Below, in pieces: positions 47,669 to 58,562 of a stretch of 64,000 bases of DNA; the stretch's first letter is position 1, and every line of letters starts with the position of its first letter. The DNA comes from Candidatus Omnitrophota bacterium (lineage in GTDB: Bacteria; Omnitrophota; Gorgyraeia; Gygaellales; Profunditerraquicolaceae). The translations under genes were made by a program, and so were the position numbers. The stretch spans positions 549,925-613,924 of the forward strand of contig JAQUQW010000001.1 in the NCBI GenBank assembly GCA_028716245.1, given 5' to 3'. Under the pieces are notes generated by a model. It ran no database searches and was not told the DNA's origin. It saw nothing but the letters and a program-made list of their open reading frames with translations.

Positions 47669-50233
47669 TTAGATAATCGCTTCCATGGTTAAGGACGGAT
47701 GTTGCGCTTGTTTTAAAAAAGCCATAAGTTCTTCGGAGCTGGTGGCTGTTGACTCATCGGCAATTTTATCCAATAGATCCGCCTGCCCGATTTCTCCGGC
47801 CGCCCTTCTTAGTTTATCCCCCAAGATCTCTTTTAACTCTTTGGGCATCCAGACCACTCTTTTTAATCCGCCTTCAGCCGAAATAAATTTCTTGCTCAGG
47901 ATGTATAATTTACCGACACCCAGGAATCCGGGGGTCTGCACCCCGCCGCCAACTGAACCGGCTAAAGTAGTAAAACTCATTCCGGAAGGAGTCGTTCCGG
48001 GATAGTCCCGGTGGACGATCATTACCCCGTTAGCCTCGGGGATAATGGCCACGATACATTCAAAACATCCGCAGGAAGATTGCGGCCCATCCATCAGCGA
48101 ATACATACTTACCGTATCAATGGTATGATTGGATTTCTGCTGTACGAATTTATTGATATTATCCCATTGGCCCAGCCGCTCATCCAAGAGATTGCCTTTG
48201 AGGATGGGCTGATTCGGGCCGGTGGGAATAATTTCAAAAGAAGCCTTGGCATCAAGCCAGGAATATGCCCCGCATAAACCTAAGCGCTCCGGAGTAACCA
48301 CGCAGACATGGTTTGGGGCAAAAGATTGGCATAATAAGCAGGAATAGAATGTATCCACGCTCTCATCGGTCATCCCGGCTAAGCGTTCATCGCGCTGGCT
48401 GTATATTTTTTGCGCTTGAGCCGACAATCTCTCTACCTCTTCTTGATTGGTATAAAGCTTAACCTGCACCTTATCCACGATCGCGCTGTACTCCTGGTGT
48501 AACATCGCGTGCAAAATAATCCCCAAATGCGCCAGGCGAAAACCCTTGCTATAAGCGTCATTGGATACCCTGATCCAAACCATATCGCGCTGCCCCATAT
48601 GCATAAGGCCCATCGCGTAATTGGTAAAACGATGGATCTGCCGCTCTAAGATCGGTTCAAAATCTTTCTGCATCTTACGGCCGAAAACATCGACCATGAT
48701 CGCCAAAGGCAATGCTTTGGACCCTGCGGGAAGCTGATCAATATCCGGGCCGATCAACTCCACTTTGCCGTCATCAACGCTGGCTTCATCTCTGGCTTCT
48801 AAAAATTCAATCGCCCGGCTTACTTTGCCTCCGAACTCAACAGCCAATTGCTCCTTGCGCACGCGTTCGCCTTCGAATGCCGCCGCGTATGGCAGTGGTA
48901 TAGCCACCTCGGACATTTTAACTTTAATTCCCCGAGTCAAAATACATTTAGAAGGTAATTTTTGGTAATCTTTCTCGGTAACCAAAGCTTCAAATAAAGT
49001 AGTATCGATCTTAGGCAACTGCGGAACTTCTAAATCCGTAATTATGGGCAGGCCAAACGCCAGGCCGCCTAAACCCGTAGCCGCCAAAACCTCATCAATA
49101 TGGCTAAGCAGGAGGATAAATGCCGGAACACGGTTACGGATATAATCGGCTATACCCTCCCACTGCCCGGGTTTATTGCCTCCGTAAATTAAAGGGGCGC
49201 GCACCGCGAAATTTACCGCGTAAATTGCGGAAAGATAATCATCGCCTAGGGGAACAATATAATTCTCTAAACCTAGCTCAATCCCCTGGTTGAGAAGTTG
49301 CTGCCTAAAAGTGTTTCCATTAATATTGCCCGCCAGTAAACTGACAATACTTTTAGATTGAAAATCACGAATTAACCCCGCGGCTGACTCCTCATCCTCG
49401 GCCGGACCCAAAATTACGGCAATACCGCTGATTCTTCCGTCAACTAACTGCAGCCCAAGTGAACGCAAAATGTTATCTGGGATAAAACCCAATCCTTCTT
49501 TAGGATGCTCCTGATTTAATACGGCTAAGGCCGCCAAAATCTCTTCGCAGATTAAAGTAGCAACCCCCTTATTCAACAGGCCGCCCAGGCTGTTAATAAC
49601 CAGGCCGCTCACAGTTGCCTGGTTATTCGCCAAACCTTGGGCCTGGACAAAGGCAGCCAAACAATCGCCAAGATTTTTCACCTCAATATTCAAAAGCGCG
49701 TTGATTAAAGGCAAATAATAATTAGTTTCAGGGAACTCAATTTTTGCGCTTTGGCCTTTACGGCTTATCGCGCTATCCAGAGATTGACGGGTAAGGTTTA
49801 ATACCGTGTCCGTTCCCTTTGTTCCCAGATCTACAATCACCTTAGTCATATCCTGGATATTGTCCGGCTCCTCTGATTTAGCCGACATTGCTTTATCGAT
49901 AAACAAAACTAAACATACCCCTACCGCTTTACCATCTTTAAATTTGACTGCCTCTGCCCTGCCTTCGCCCACAATCTCCTGTATCGGGCTATTGATTACT
50001 TCGATATCCGCCGGCAAGGCTTCGCTAAACTTATCCAAACTATTTACAAGCTTAATTCCGACTTTATGTTTTTCTTGAATTAACTTAGCCAGCTTCAAGG
50101 AAACCTGCGCTGGCCCATCAATACAAACCGTATCGTTGATCAGGTAATCGTCTAGTTTCTTAAAATCATCCTCAGAGCTTAATAAAACTACCCCTTTTTT
50201 TCTGGCTCCCGGTATTTGCGGCAGGTTGGACAT
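47669..50233 (-). CDS. acsB: CO dehydrogenase/acetyl-CoA synthase beta subunit (acetyl-CoA synthase, A-cluster subunit)
   Basis: FYSCLLCQSFAPNHVCVVTPERLGLCGA ([4Fe4S] ligands) and the CGCFE Ni-Ni site motif. Long collinear similarity to Moorella AcsB, plus an extra N-terminal region of about 120 aa. The ATG directly abuts the metF stop. Confidence 0.9.
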   Translation of the reverse strand: MSNLPQIPGARKKGVVLLSSEDDFKKLDDYLINDTVCIDGPAQVSLKLAKLIQEKHKVGIKLVNSLDKFSEALPADIEVINSPIQEIVGEGRAEAVKFKDGKAVGVCLVLFIDKAMSAKSEEPDNIQDMTKVIVDLGTKGTDTVLNLTRQSLDSAISRKGQSAKIEFPETNYYLPLINALLNIEVKNLGDCLAAFVQAQGLANNQATVSGLVINSLGGLLNKGVATLICEEILAALAVLNQEHPKEGLGFIPDNILRSLGLQLVDGRISGIAVILGPAEDEESAAGLIRDFQSKSIVSLLAGNINGNTFRQQLLNQGIELGLENYIVPLGDDYLSAIYAVNFAVRAPLIYGGNKPGQWEGIADYIRNRVPAFILLLSHIDEVLAATGLGGLAFGLPIITDLEVPQLPKIDTTLFEALVTEKDYQKLPSKCILTRGIKVKMSEVAIPLPYAAAFEGERVRKEQLAVEFGGKVSRAIEFLEARDEASVDDGKVELIGPDIDQLPAGSKALPLAIMVDVFGRKMQKDFEPILERQIHRFTNYAMGLMHMGQRDMVWIRVSNDAYSKGFRLAHLGIILHAMLHQEYSAIVDKVQVKLYTNQEEVERLSAQAQKIYSQRDERLAGMTDESVDTFYSCLLCQSFAPNHVCVVTPERLGLCGAYSWLDAKASFEIIPTGPNQPILKGNLLDERLGQWDNINKFVQQKSNHTIDTVSMYSLMDGPQSSCGCFECIVAIIPEANGVMIVHRDYPGTTPSGMSFTTLAGSVGGGVQTPGFLGVGKLYILSKKFISAEGGLKRVVWMPKELKEILGDKLRRAAGEIGQADLLDKIADESTATSSEELMAFLKQAQHPSLTMEAII

Positions 50234-51103
50234 TTATAATCCGCTTGCCTCTAAAACTTTAGGCACAATTTTATCCCAGCCAATCGGCATAATATGAATT
50301 CCCTGGCACATGGGTTTTAATTCCTTGATCAGGCGGCTGGCGATTTCTATAGAAGTAGATGCTTTGTCTTTACTTGACTCCATCTCTCTAATCAAACTGT
50401 CCGGGACTAAAACTCCGGGTATGTTTTTATTCATATAGTTGGCCATTTTTGCCGACTTCAGCAAGACAATGCCTGCCATAACCGGCACTTTTACCTGCTT
50501 TATCTTAGCGGCAAATTTTTCAAAACTCCTTACATCAAAAATTGCCTGCGTTTGAAAAAATTCTGCTCCGGCCTTGATTTTCTTCTCCATCTTCATGATC
50601 TGCGGCTCTAAAGGATCAGAACCTGGGTTAACCACCGCGCCCAGGCAAAATTTTGGAGGATTGCCGGTTAACTTATTACCGTTCATATCCTGGCCGGTTT
50701 CTAATGTCCTGGCCGCCTGCAATAACTGCACTGAATCCAGATCAAAAACCGGCTTGGCTTGTGGATGATCCCCGAGGCTGGGATGGTCCCCGGTTAAAAT
50801 CAGCACATTTTGGATACCTAATGCCGAAGCAGAAAGTAAATCTGATTGCAGGGCAAGCCGGTTGCGGTCACGGCAGGTTAACTGGTAAATCGGCTCAAAA
50901 CCTTTTTGTTTTAACAGGTAACTTACAGCTAATGAACCTAAACGCATCACTGAACTTTGCAAATCAGTGACATTAATTCCGTCAACTTTGCCCCGGATAA
51001 GCTCGGCGTCCTCTAAAAACTGTTGCGTTTGGATCCCTTTGGGCGGGCCGATCTCCGAAGTCACTAAAAATTTTCGCGCCTGTATTTTTTCCTTAAATGT
51101 CAT
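50234..51103 (-). CDS. metF: methylenetetrahydrofolate reductase (acetogen-type MetF)
   Basis: 289-aa MTHFR fold. Confidence 0.75.
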   Translation of the reverse strand: MTFKEKIQARKFLVTSEIGPPKGIQTQQFLEDAELIRGKVDGINVTDLQSSVMRLGSLAVSYLLKQKGFEPIYQLTCRDRNRLALQSDLLSASALGIQNVLILTGDHPSLGDHPQAKPVFDLDSVQLLQAARTLETGQDMNGNKLTGNPPKFCLGAVVNPGSDPLEPQIMKMEKKIKAGAEFFQTQAIFDVRSFEKFAAKIKQVKVPVMAGIVLLKSAKMANYMNKNIPGVLVPDSLIREMESSKDKASTSIEIASRLIKELKPMCQGIHIMPIGWDKIVPKVLEASGL

Positions 51104-51110
51104 AAATTAT

Positions 51111-51908
51111 TTACTGCTGAAGTTTGGCTGCCTCGACCAGGTTGCGCATTAAAATAGCTACAGTCAAGGGGCCCACTCCTCCCGGCACTGGAGTAATATA
51201 AGAGGCTCTTTTTTCTGCTGCTTCAAATTCCACATCCCCGACAATCTTATCACCTAAACGGTTAATACCCACATCGATAACAATCGCCCCTTCTTTAATC
51301 CAATTGCCCTTGATTAATCCGGCTTGGCCGACAGCCACAATCAGCACCTCTGCCCTGCGCACATGCCCTTCTAATCTGCCTGCTTTGCTGGTTGCGATAT
51401 GGCAGATGGTAACCGTAGCCAATTTTTCCAATAAAAGTAGCGCCAGCGGTTTACCGACGATCTCACTATGGCCGACAATAACCACTTCTTTTCCGTACAA
51501 ATCTATTCCCGTAGAGTCCAGCAGTTCCATTACCGCCGTCGGCGTACAAGGATGCATGCCTTCAATGTCTTTTTTTGGCGAAATATACCCGCTTATTTTC
51601 TTGTAGTCCAGATATTGAGGCAGGGGCATTTGCAAAATAATACCGTTAACCGACTTATCGGCATTAAGCTTAATGATAAAATCGATCAATTCATCCTCGG
51701 AAATATTCTCAGGCAGCTGATGCAGCTTATAGGCAATGCCCAGGCCCAAAGCGGTTTTTTCCTGGCTTCTCACATAAGCAGCCGCAGCGGGATTAGCCCC
51801 CACTAACACACTGGCTAAAACCGGAGCCGAAGTTAAGCTTTGCACGTTAAGTTTTATCTGAGCTTTAATTTTTTCAGCAACAGGCCTACCCTCTAATAAT
51901 TTTGCCAA
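51111..51908 (-). CDS. folD: bifunctional methylene-THF dehydrogenase / methenyl-THF cyclohydrolase
   Basis: MAKLLEGRPVAEKIKAQI N-terminus. DGLLVQLPLP is conserved here as GIILQMPLP. 265 aa. Confidence 0.9.
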   Translation of the reverse strand: MAKLLEGRPVAEKIKAQIKLNVQSLTSAPVLASVLVGANPAAAAYVRSQEKTALGLGIAYKLHQLPENISEDELIDFIIKLNADKSVNGIILQMPLPQYLDYKKISGYISPKKDIEGMHPCTPTAVMELLDSTGIDLYGKEVVIVGHSEIVGKPLALLLLEKLATVTICHIATSKAGRLEGHVRRAEVLIVAVGQAGLIKGNWIKEGAIVIDVGINRLGDKIVGDVEFEAAEKRASYITPVPGGVGPLTVAILMRNLVEAAKLQQ

Positions 51909-52449
51909 CTTTTTCCTCCATCTGAGCCCTGCTCTGCTTAATTAATTTTGCTTTTAGCCGTAATTCTTTATTTATTGCTTTAGCTAATTTATGATCATCA
52001 AGGATCTTCAAATTTATATCGACATTAAAACAAGCGGCGCTAAATGCCGACTCTAAAAATATTGCCGCCACTGCCAGATCGCTGATTAAACTCGGGTTTG
52101 TTTTTTTAATTAAAGATGGCAGTATTTTTGCCCCTTCAGCACAAAGCCTGGCCAGCATTAACGGCACATCCGCTGCTTTACGGGGATCTTTACTTTTGTA
52201 CGCTGCGACATCTAAATCTACCAAATCTAAGAAATCATTTGTTAATTTATTGGATTTTCTTAAGGCTGCTTTAAGCTCTGCTTCATATTTGGAATATTTA
52301 GGCTTACCCAAGGTAAAATTAACCACCATACTAATCAAGCTGGCAGCCATAGCCGCGTTCATTGCCGCGGCCGACCCGCCTCCCGGAGCGGGAAGCCTTG
52401 CGGATAAATCATTGAGGTATTTAGTTAAACTTGCAGTTTTATATTTCAT
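51886..52449 (-). CDS. fchA: cyclodeaminase/cyclohydrolase family protein (FTCD C-domain; FchA-like methenyl-THF cyclohydrolase)
   Basis: 187 aa with LPAPGGGSAAAMNAAMAASL in an all-alpha FTCD_C fold. Confidence 0.7.
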   Translation of the reverse strand: MKYKTASLTKYLNDLSARLPAPGGGSAAAMNAAMAASLISMVVNFTLGKPKYSKYEAELKAALRKSNKLTNDFLDLVDLDVAAYKSKDPRKAADVPLMLARLCAEGAKILPSLIKKTNPSLISDLAVAAIFLESAFSAACFNVDINLKILDDHKLAKAINKELRLKAKLIKQSRAQMEEKVGKIIRG

Positions 52450-52453
52450 AATT

Positions 52454-52834
52454 TTAAAGGCTAAAGCAGGCGTTTAATTCAAAGGCATCCTTGATCAAAG
52501 ATATCTCAGGCACCTTATCCTTATATAAAAGCGCAAGCACATCAAAACGCGCCGGTTGCTCCAAAAGTTTATTCATTTTCAAATAATGAATAGCGGCTTT
52601 AGAGATTTGTTTTTGTTTTCTTGCAAAAACCGCTTCCTCAGGAGAACCCAGATTAAGGGAATGCCTGGCCTTAACCTCCACAAAACAGATCACATCTTTA
52701 TCCTGCGCGATTATATCGATTTCCCCAAACCTGGTCCGGTAATTGCATCGGCGGATCTTGTAACCTTTAACTTTTAAAAAATCTACCGCGGCTTTTTCAG
52801 CTGCCTTACCAAATTCTAATTTGTTTTGAGGCAC
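52454..52834 (-). CDS. yraN: YraN-family (UPF0102) endonuclease
   Basis: GEIDIIA...VCFVEVKAR motif, 126 aa. Confidence 0.75.
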   Translation of the reverse strand: MPQNKLEFGKAAEKAAVDFLKVKGYKIRRCNYRTRFGEIDIIAQDKDVICFVEVKARHSLNLGSPEEAVFARKQKQISKAAIHYLKMNKLLEQPARFDVLALLYKDKVPEISLIKDAFELNACFSL

Positions 52835-53430
52835 TTTAAAAAGCTCTTTCGATGAATAGCTGCAGGCCCAATTTGTTTTAAGATGTCCCGGTGCATTCGC
52901 GTCGGATACCCCTTATGTTTAATAAAACCGTATTGCGGATAAATTTCATGGTAAGCATCCATAATCTGATCCCGCCGGACTTTTGCCAATATGCTCGCGG
53001 CGGCAATACTTAGGGATTTTCCATCCCCCCTGACAATGCTCTGATAAGGAAGTCCCAGCTTAAAACGCATATTGCCGTCGATAAGCACAAAGGCGCGTTT
53101 TAATTTTACCGGATCACACTGCCTGACTAATTTAGAGATTGCTTTTTGCATGGCCAAAATTGTAGCCTGCAGGATGTTGATCCGGTCAATCTGCTTATGG
53201 CCGACTATTGCTATTGCGTATAAAGATTTGCTTTTTATTTCAAAAAACGCGTCTTTTCTTCTTGCGGGAGTTAGTTTCTTAGAGTCATCAATACGATTGT
53301 CGAAACGAAAATCCTTTAACCACACTGCTGCAGCCACTACCGGCCCGGCTAACGGGCCGCGTCCGGCCTCATCCACGCCGATAATTAAATCAAAACCTTT
53401 ACCTTTTAGTTTCTTTTCGTAGCGCAGCAC
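52816..53430 (-). CDS. rnhB: ribonuclease HII
   Basis: LIIGVDEAGRGPLAGPVV motif, 204 aa. Confidence 0.9.
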   Translation of the reverse strand: MLRYEKKLKGKGFDLIIGVDEAGRGPLAGPVVAAAVWLKDFRFDNRIDDSKKLTPARRKDAFFEIKSKSLYAIAIVGHKQIDRINILQATILAMQKAISKLVRQCDPVKLKRAFVLIDGNMRFKLGLPYQSIVRGDGKSLSIAAASILAKVRRDQIMDAYHEIYPQYGFIKHKGYPTRMHRDILKQIGPAAIHRKSFLKCLKTN

Positions 53431-53786
53431 TAACTTGTTGCTTCTTCCTTACTTTCTATTTTAGTAGCGTGCTTGCCGACCTTTTCCCTTAGGTAGTAAA
53501 GCTTGGCTTTTTTAACTTTACCGGAACGGATCAGCTCAATACGCTCGATAACCGGAGAATAAAGCGGAAATACGCGTTCAATCCCCTCGCCGAAGGAAAC
53601 TTTTCTCACCGTGAAGTTAAGTTTGGCTCCGGAGCCGCTCTTGGCGATCACCACGCCCTCAAAAGGATGCAGGCGGAACTTATCCGGACCTTCCGGGATC
53701 CTGGTCAGCACCTTTACCGTATCTCCGACATTAATGGCAGGCATCTGCTTCTTGGCAAATCCCGCCTCAATTGATTTGATGTCCAT
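53430..53786 (-). CDS. rplS: 50S ribosomal protein L19
   Basis: MDIKSIEAGFAKKQMPAINVGDTVKV... The true start is the ATG at 53786, preceded by AGGAGG. The track ORF start at 53846 reads through the repeat element. Confidence 0.9.
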   Translation of the reverse strand: MDIKSIEAGFAKKQMPAINVGDTVKVLTRIPEGPDKFRLHPFEGVVIAKSGSGAKLNFTVRKVSFGEGIERVFPLYSPVIERIELIRSGKVKKAKLYYLREKVGKHATKIESKEEATS

Positions 53787-53800
53787 TCTTGTTGCCTCCT

Positions 53801-53884
53801 TTAAATGAGCGCTTAACTTACGAACACGATAGTGCGAGTAAGTCAATGCGCGAATTTATCCCGCCGAATAATTTGAGGCGGGAT
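53801..53884 (-). repeat. two-hairpin intergenic element, copy 4
   Basis: ttaaatgagcgcttaacttacgaacacgatagtgcgagtaagtcaatgcgcgaatttatcccgccgaataatttgaggcgggat. It sits between the trmD stop (53892) and the rplS SD. Confidence 0.85.
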
Positions 53885-53891
53885 CTTACTC

Positions 53892-55678
<1,787 letters not shown>

Positions 55679-55684
55679 TTAACC

Positions 55685-55769
55685 TTACGCGGGTCCTGCC
55701 TGCCAATCCACCTCGCCGTGCTCACTTTCGTTGCGCGCGGCAAGGGCTTCGTCTTGGCAGTCACCCGCT
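55685..55769 (-). ncRNA. GC-rich structured element B (AGCGGGTGAC...GGCAGGACCCGCGTAA), filling the queA-tgt intergenic region
   Basis: It has the same 10-nt 5-prime and 16-nt 3-prime termini as element A (26169-26240). Its inner helices differ in sequence but pair: CUGCCAA/UUGGCAG and CCUUGCCG/CGGCGAGG. Confidence 0.45.
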
Positions 55770-56760
55770 AAATAATTAACATTGCATCACCATAACTATA
55801 AAATCTATATTTATTATCCACTGCCTCTTGATATGCTTTTAACATCAGCTCTCTTCCCCCAAATGCGCAAACCAGCATTAGCAGAGTGGTTTTGGGAAGA
55901 TGGAAATTGGTTAAAAGGCAATCGACCAGTTTAAATTTATAACCCGGATAAATAAATAATTCGGTATTGCCTTCTTTGCGGCCGGCGGCATAAGTTTCCA
56001 GCGCCCGAAGCGCGGTAGTACCGACAGCGATAATCCTTCCTTTGTCGGCCTTTGCCTGATTAACCAAAGCAACCGTCGCATCGGGAACTAAAAAATATTC
56101 CGGTTCCATCTTATGCTCGGTTATATCTTCACACTTAACCGGGCGAAATGTCCCCAAACCCACATGTAAGGTCAGGTAAGCAAAATTAACTGATCCCTGC
56201 CGGATATCCTTAAGTAACTCCTGGCTAAAATGCAGGCCGGCGGTCGGTGAGGCCAGCGCCCCCGCGTTTTTTGCGTAAACCGTCTGATAATAGAGCGTGT
56301 CTAAATCCTCAGGCTCTCGCCTGATGTAGGGCGGCAAAGGGACAATCCCAAAATCATAGATTGTATCCGCGTCGGATTGTTTAAAACGGATCTGCCCGCG
56401 GCCGCTTATAACTCCCTTAATCTTACCGTCAGCGAAAAGGATATTTTCGCTGACTTTTGTGCGACTGGGCTGAATGAGGCAAGAAAAAGTTATCCCGTTG
56501 ATCCGCCGGGTCAATAAAATCTCCACTCTGCCCCCGGTTACTTTTTTGCCGATTAAACGGCAATGCAAAACTTTGGTATCATTAAAGGCCAATAAATCAT
56601 TTTTTTTAAGGAACTGCCGGATATCTTTAAATACGCTATGGATAATTTGGCCGCTCTTGCGATTGATAACCAGGAGCCTGGCCTCTTCCCTGTTTTTCAA
56701 AGGATATTGGGCAATTAATTCTTTAGGCAGTAAATAATCGAATTCAGCAAGTTTTAACAT
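55768..56760 (-). CDS. queA: S-adenosylmethionine:tRNA ribosyltransferase-isomerase
   Basis: FDYLLPKELIAQYP N-terminus, 330 aa. Confidence 0.9.
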   Translation of the reverse strand: MLKLAEFDYLLPKELIAQYPLKNREEARLLVINRKSGQIIHSVFKDIRQFLKKNDLLAFNDTKVLHCRLIGKKVTGGRVEILLTRRINGITFSCLIQPSRTKVSENILFADGKIKGVISGRGQIRFKQSDADTIYDFGIVPLPPYIRREPEDLDTLYYQTVYAKNAGALASPTAGLHFSQELLKDIRQGSVNFAYLTLHVGLGTFRPVKCEDITEHKMEPEYFLVPDATVALVNQAKADKGRIIAVGTTALRALETYAAGRKEGNTELFIYPGYKFKLVDCLLTNFHLPKTTLLMLVCAFGGRELMLKAYQEAVDNKYRFYSYGDAMLII

Positions 56761-56842
56761 AATTTAAATAGGGACAGCGACCATTTTTTAGATAAGATGC
56801 TGATTGATTAAAAAATAGTCGCTGTCCCTAATTTCTAATTTT

Positions 56843-58057
56843 CTAATTTAGGTAACCAATCACTTGATCAGTTAAATCGTCAATGGAGAAGATGACTACT
56901 CCGTCGGGAGCCAGCTCAGTAACCATCCGGTATTGGTTAAAGAACAGGTCCGGGTTATTTTTCATTAAAAATAACCCCAGGCCTATGTAAATCTTTCCCT
57001 TACCGCGGTGGCCAAGGCTGGATTTGACGATTTCCTTAGCGAACTGATTATCCTTAGTGTAAGCCATTAATACGGCATAATCGATAATCCCCTCTTCTAA
57101 CCAAGCTGACCAATCCTGGAAGGCGTTGGCATAGGCGCGCTCAGCCAACGGAATAACCGCGCAGGAAACAGCCAGGTTTGCGGATTTAACTTTAACTAAA
57201 CTTGAGATTTTACGCACTAATTCCGTAACCTGCGCTCGCCTCCAATTATCCCAGGCCAAATACTCATCTTCGTTATTCAACGTCTCCAGGCTGTTCAAAC
57301 CGGTTTTTTCTTTAAATCGCTCCACATTTTTTGCCCCATAGCCGTAAGAGAGGCCGAATTTATTAAACCTTGAACCCGGAGAAAACGGCACCGGTGAAGG
57401 ATAACGCAGGTAATCCAAATGTATCCCGCTAATTAATGGATAGCGGTTAATGATTTCATTAATGATTGTTAGGACATACTCCTCTACCCGGGGATCTCCG
57501 GGCTCAAGGAAGATCATATTCTCTCTTAAATAATACTTGTCCAGTTCCATATTCGAGACGCCTTTAGAAGGCCGCTGGTACTGGTCGCGGGTCAGAATGG
57601 AGGTGCCGTATTTATTTAAAATGTCCGCCTTTTCATTAACACCCAGACTTAAAACATTTACCCAGGCAAAAACATTAATATTATTCTCCTGCGCCTCCCT
57701 AAGCAAAAGGTCCAGAGTATCCAGGCCTGCGGCTTTAACCATCTGCTCGTATTTTATTTTATCGCAGATCTTAGAATCATAATAAGCATTACCGGATTGA
57801 AAAACCTGCAGGTAAATTTCATTTATCTTGGCTTTCTTACATTGGGCAATCAGCTTTTCCACTCCCTCCTTTGAATAAAGGATTTTTTTGGCGGAAAACA
57901 CCGATACCCAGATGCCCCGGCCGGAAGCTTTAACCTGAACTTGCCCGCCTTCAGCTAGAGCAAAACTGAAATTCAATAAAAAACCGAATAACAATAAAAA
58001 CAGTGTTTTAGCAACTTTCTTATTTTTTATTTTCATTTTTTTATTGAATACTTGCAC
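56843..58057 (-). CDS. glycoside-hydrolase-like family 10 (GHL10/DUF187) lipoprotein
   Basis: Signal peptide followed by a TIM-barrel-like GHL10 region (RGIWV...VFAWVNV), 404 aa. Confidence 0.55.
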   Translation of the reverse strand: MQVFNKKMKIKNKKVAKTLFLLLFGFLLNFSFALAEGGQVQVKASGRGIWVSVFSAKKILYSKEGVEKLIAQCKKAKINEIYLQVFQSGNAYYDSKICDKIKYEQMVKAAGLDTLDLLLREAQENNINVFAWVNVLSLGVNEKADILNKYGTSILTRDQYQRPSKGVSNMELDKYYLRENMIFLEPGDPRVEEYVLTIINEIINRYPLISGIHLDYLRYPSPVPFSPGSRFNKFGLSYGYGAKNVERFKEKTGLNSLETLNNEDEYLAWDNWRRAQVTELVRKISSLVKVKSANLAVSCAVIPLAERAYANAFQDWSAWLEEGIIDYAVLMAYTKDNQFAKEIVKSSLGHRGKGKIYIGLGLFLMKNNPDLFFNQYRMVTELAPDGVVIFSIDDLTDQVIGYLN

Positions 58058-58551
58058 CCGCAGTATTTTTGCAGATAAAGCCCTTTTACTTTGGCTTCTT
58101 TATACGCCTGCCTGAAACCAATCCGAAAATCTTCATAATAAAAATCCACGCCTGTTTCTTGGGCGATTTCTCCGCCTAACTGCTTAAGCCGCTGGTGATC
58201 CTGGTATGGGCTGACTAATAGGGTTGTGCTAAAGAACGGTATTGCGTTTTCCCTGGCATGTTCAGCTGTTTTTTGTAAACGCAGCGACCAGCAAATTACG
58301 CAGCGCTCCGGGGTATTTTCTTTAGCCTTAATTGCCCGGGAAAAATCGGATTCTTGATACTCGGGGCTCTCTACTCCAAGCCCTAAATCCCTGCTTAAAA
58401 CTTCCAAAGTTTCTTTACGCCTGCCATATTCCTGGCAGGGATAGAGATTAGGATTATAATAAAATCCTTTTATGCTAAATCCCCGGCCTTTTAACCTGCT
58501 AAAAGGATAAATCAAACACGGGCCGCAACAGATATGCAGTAGGATCTCCAT
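58033..58551 (-). CDS. queH: epoxyqueuosine reductase QueH (DUF208)
   Basis: HICCGPC motif plus downstream Cys residues, 172 aa. Confidence 0.8.
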   Translation of the reverse strand: MEILLHICCGPCLIYPFSRLKGRGFSIKGFYYNPNLYPCQEYGRRKETLEVLSRDLGLGVESPEYQESDFSRAIKAKENTPERCVICWSLRLQKTAEHARENAIPFFSTTLLVSPYQDHQRLKQLGGEIAQETGVDFYYEDFRIGFRQAYKEAKVKGLYLQKYCGCKYSIKK

Positions 58552-58562
58552 ATTTAAAACCG

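Noticed and set aside
47653-47674. 11-bp tandem direct repeat GACTTTAGAT x2 after the acsB stop.
   Set aside because: Only two short units, which is consistent with chance or a slippage duplication. I mention it only under the TPR promoter finding.
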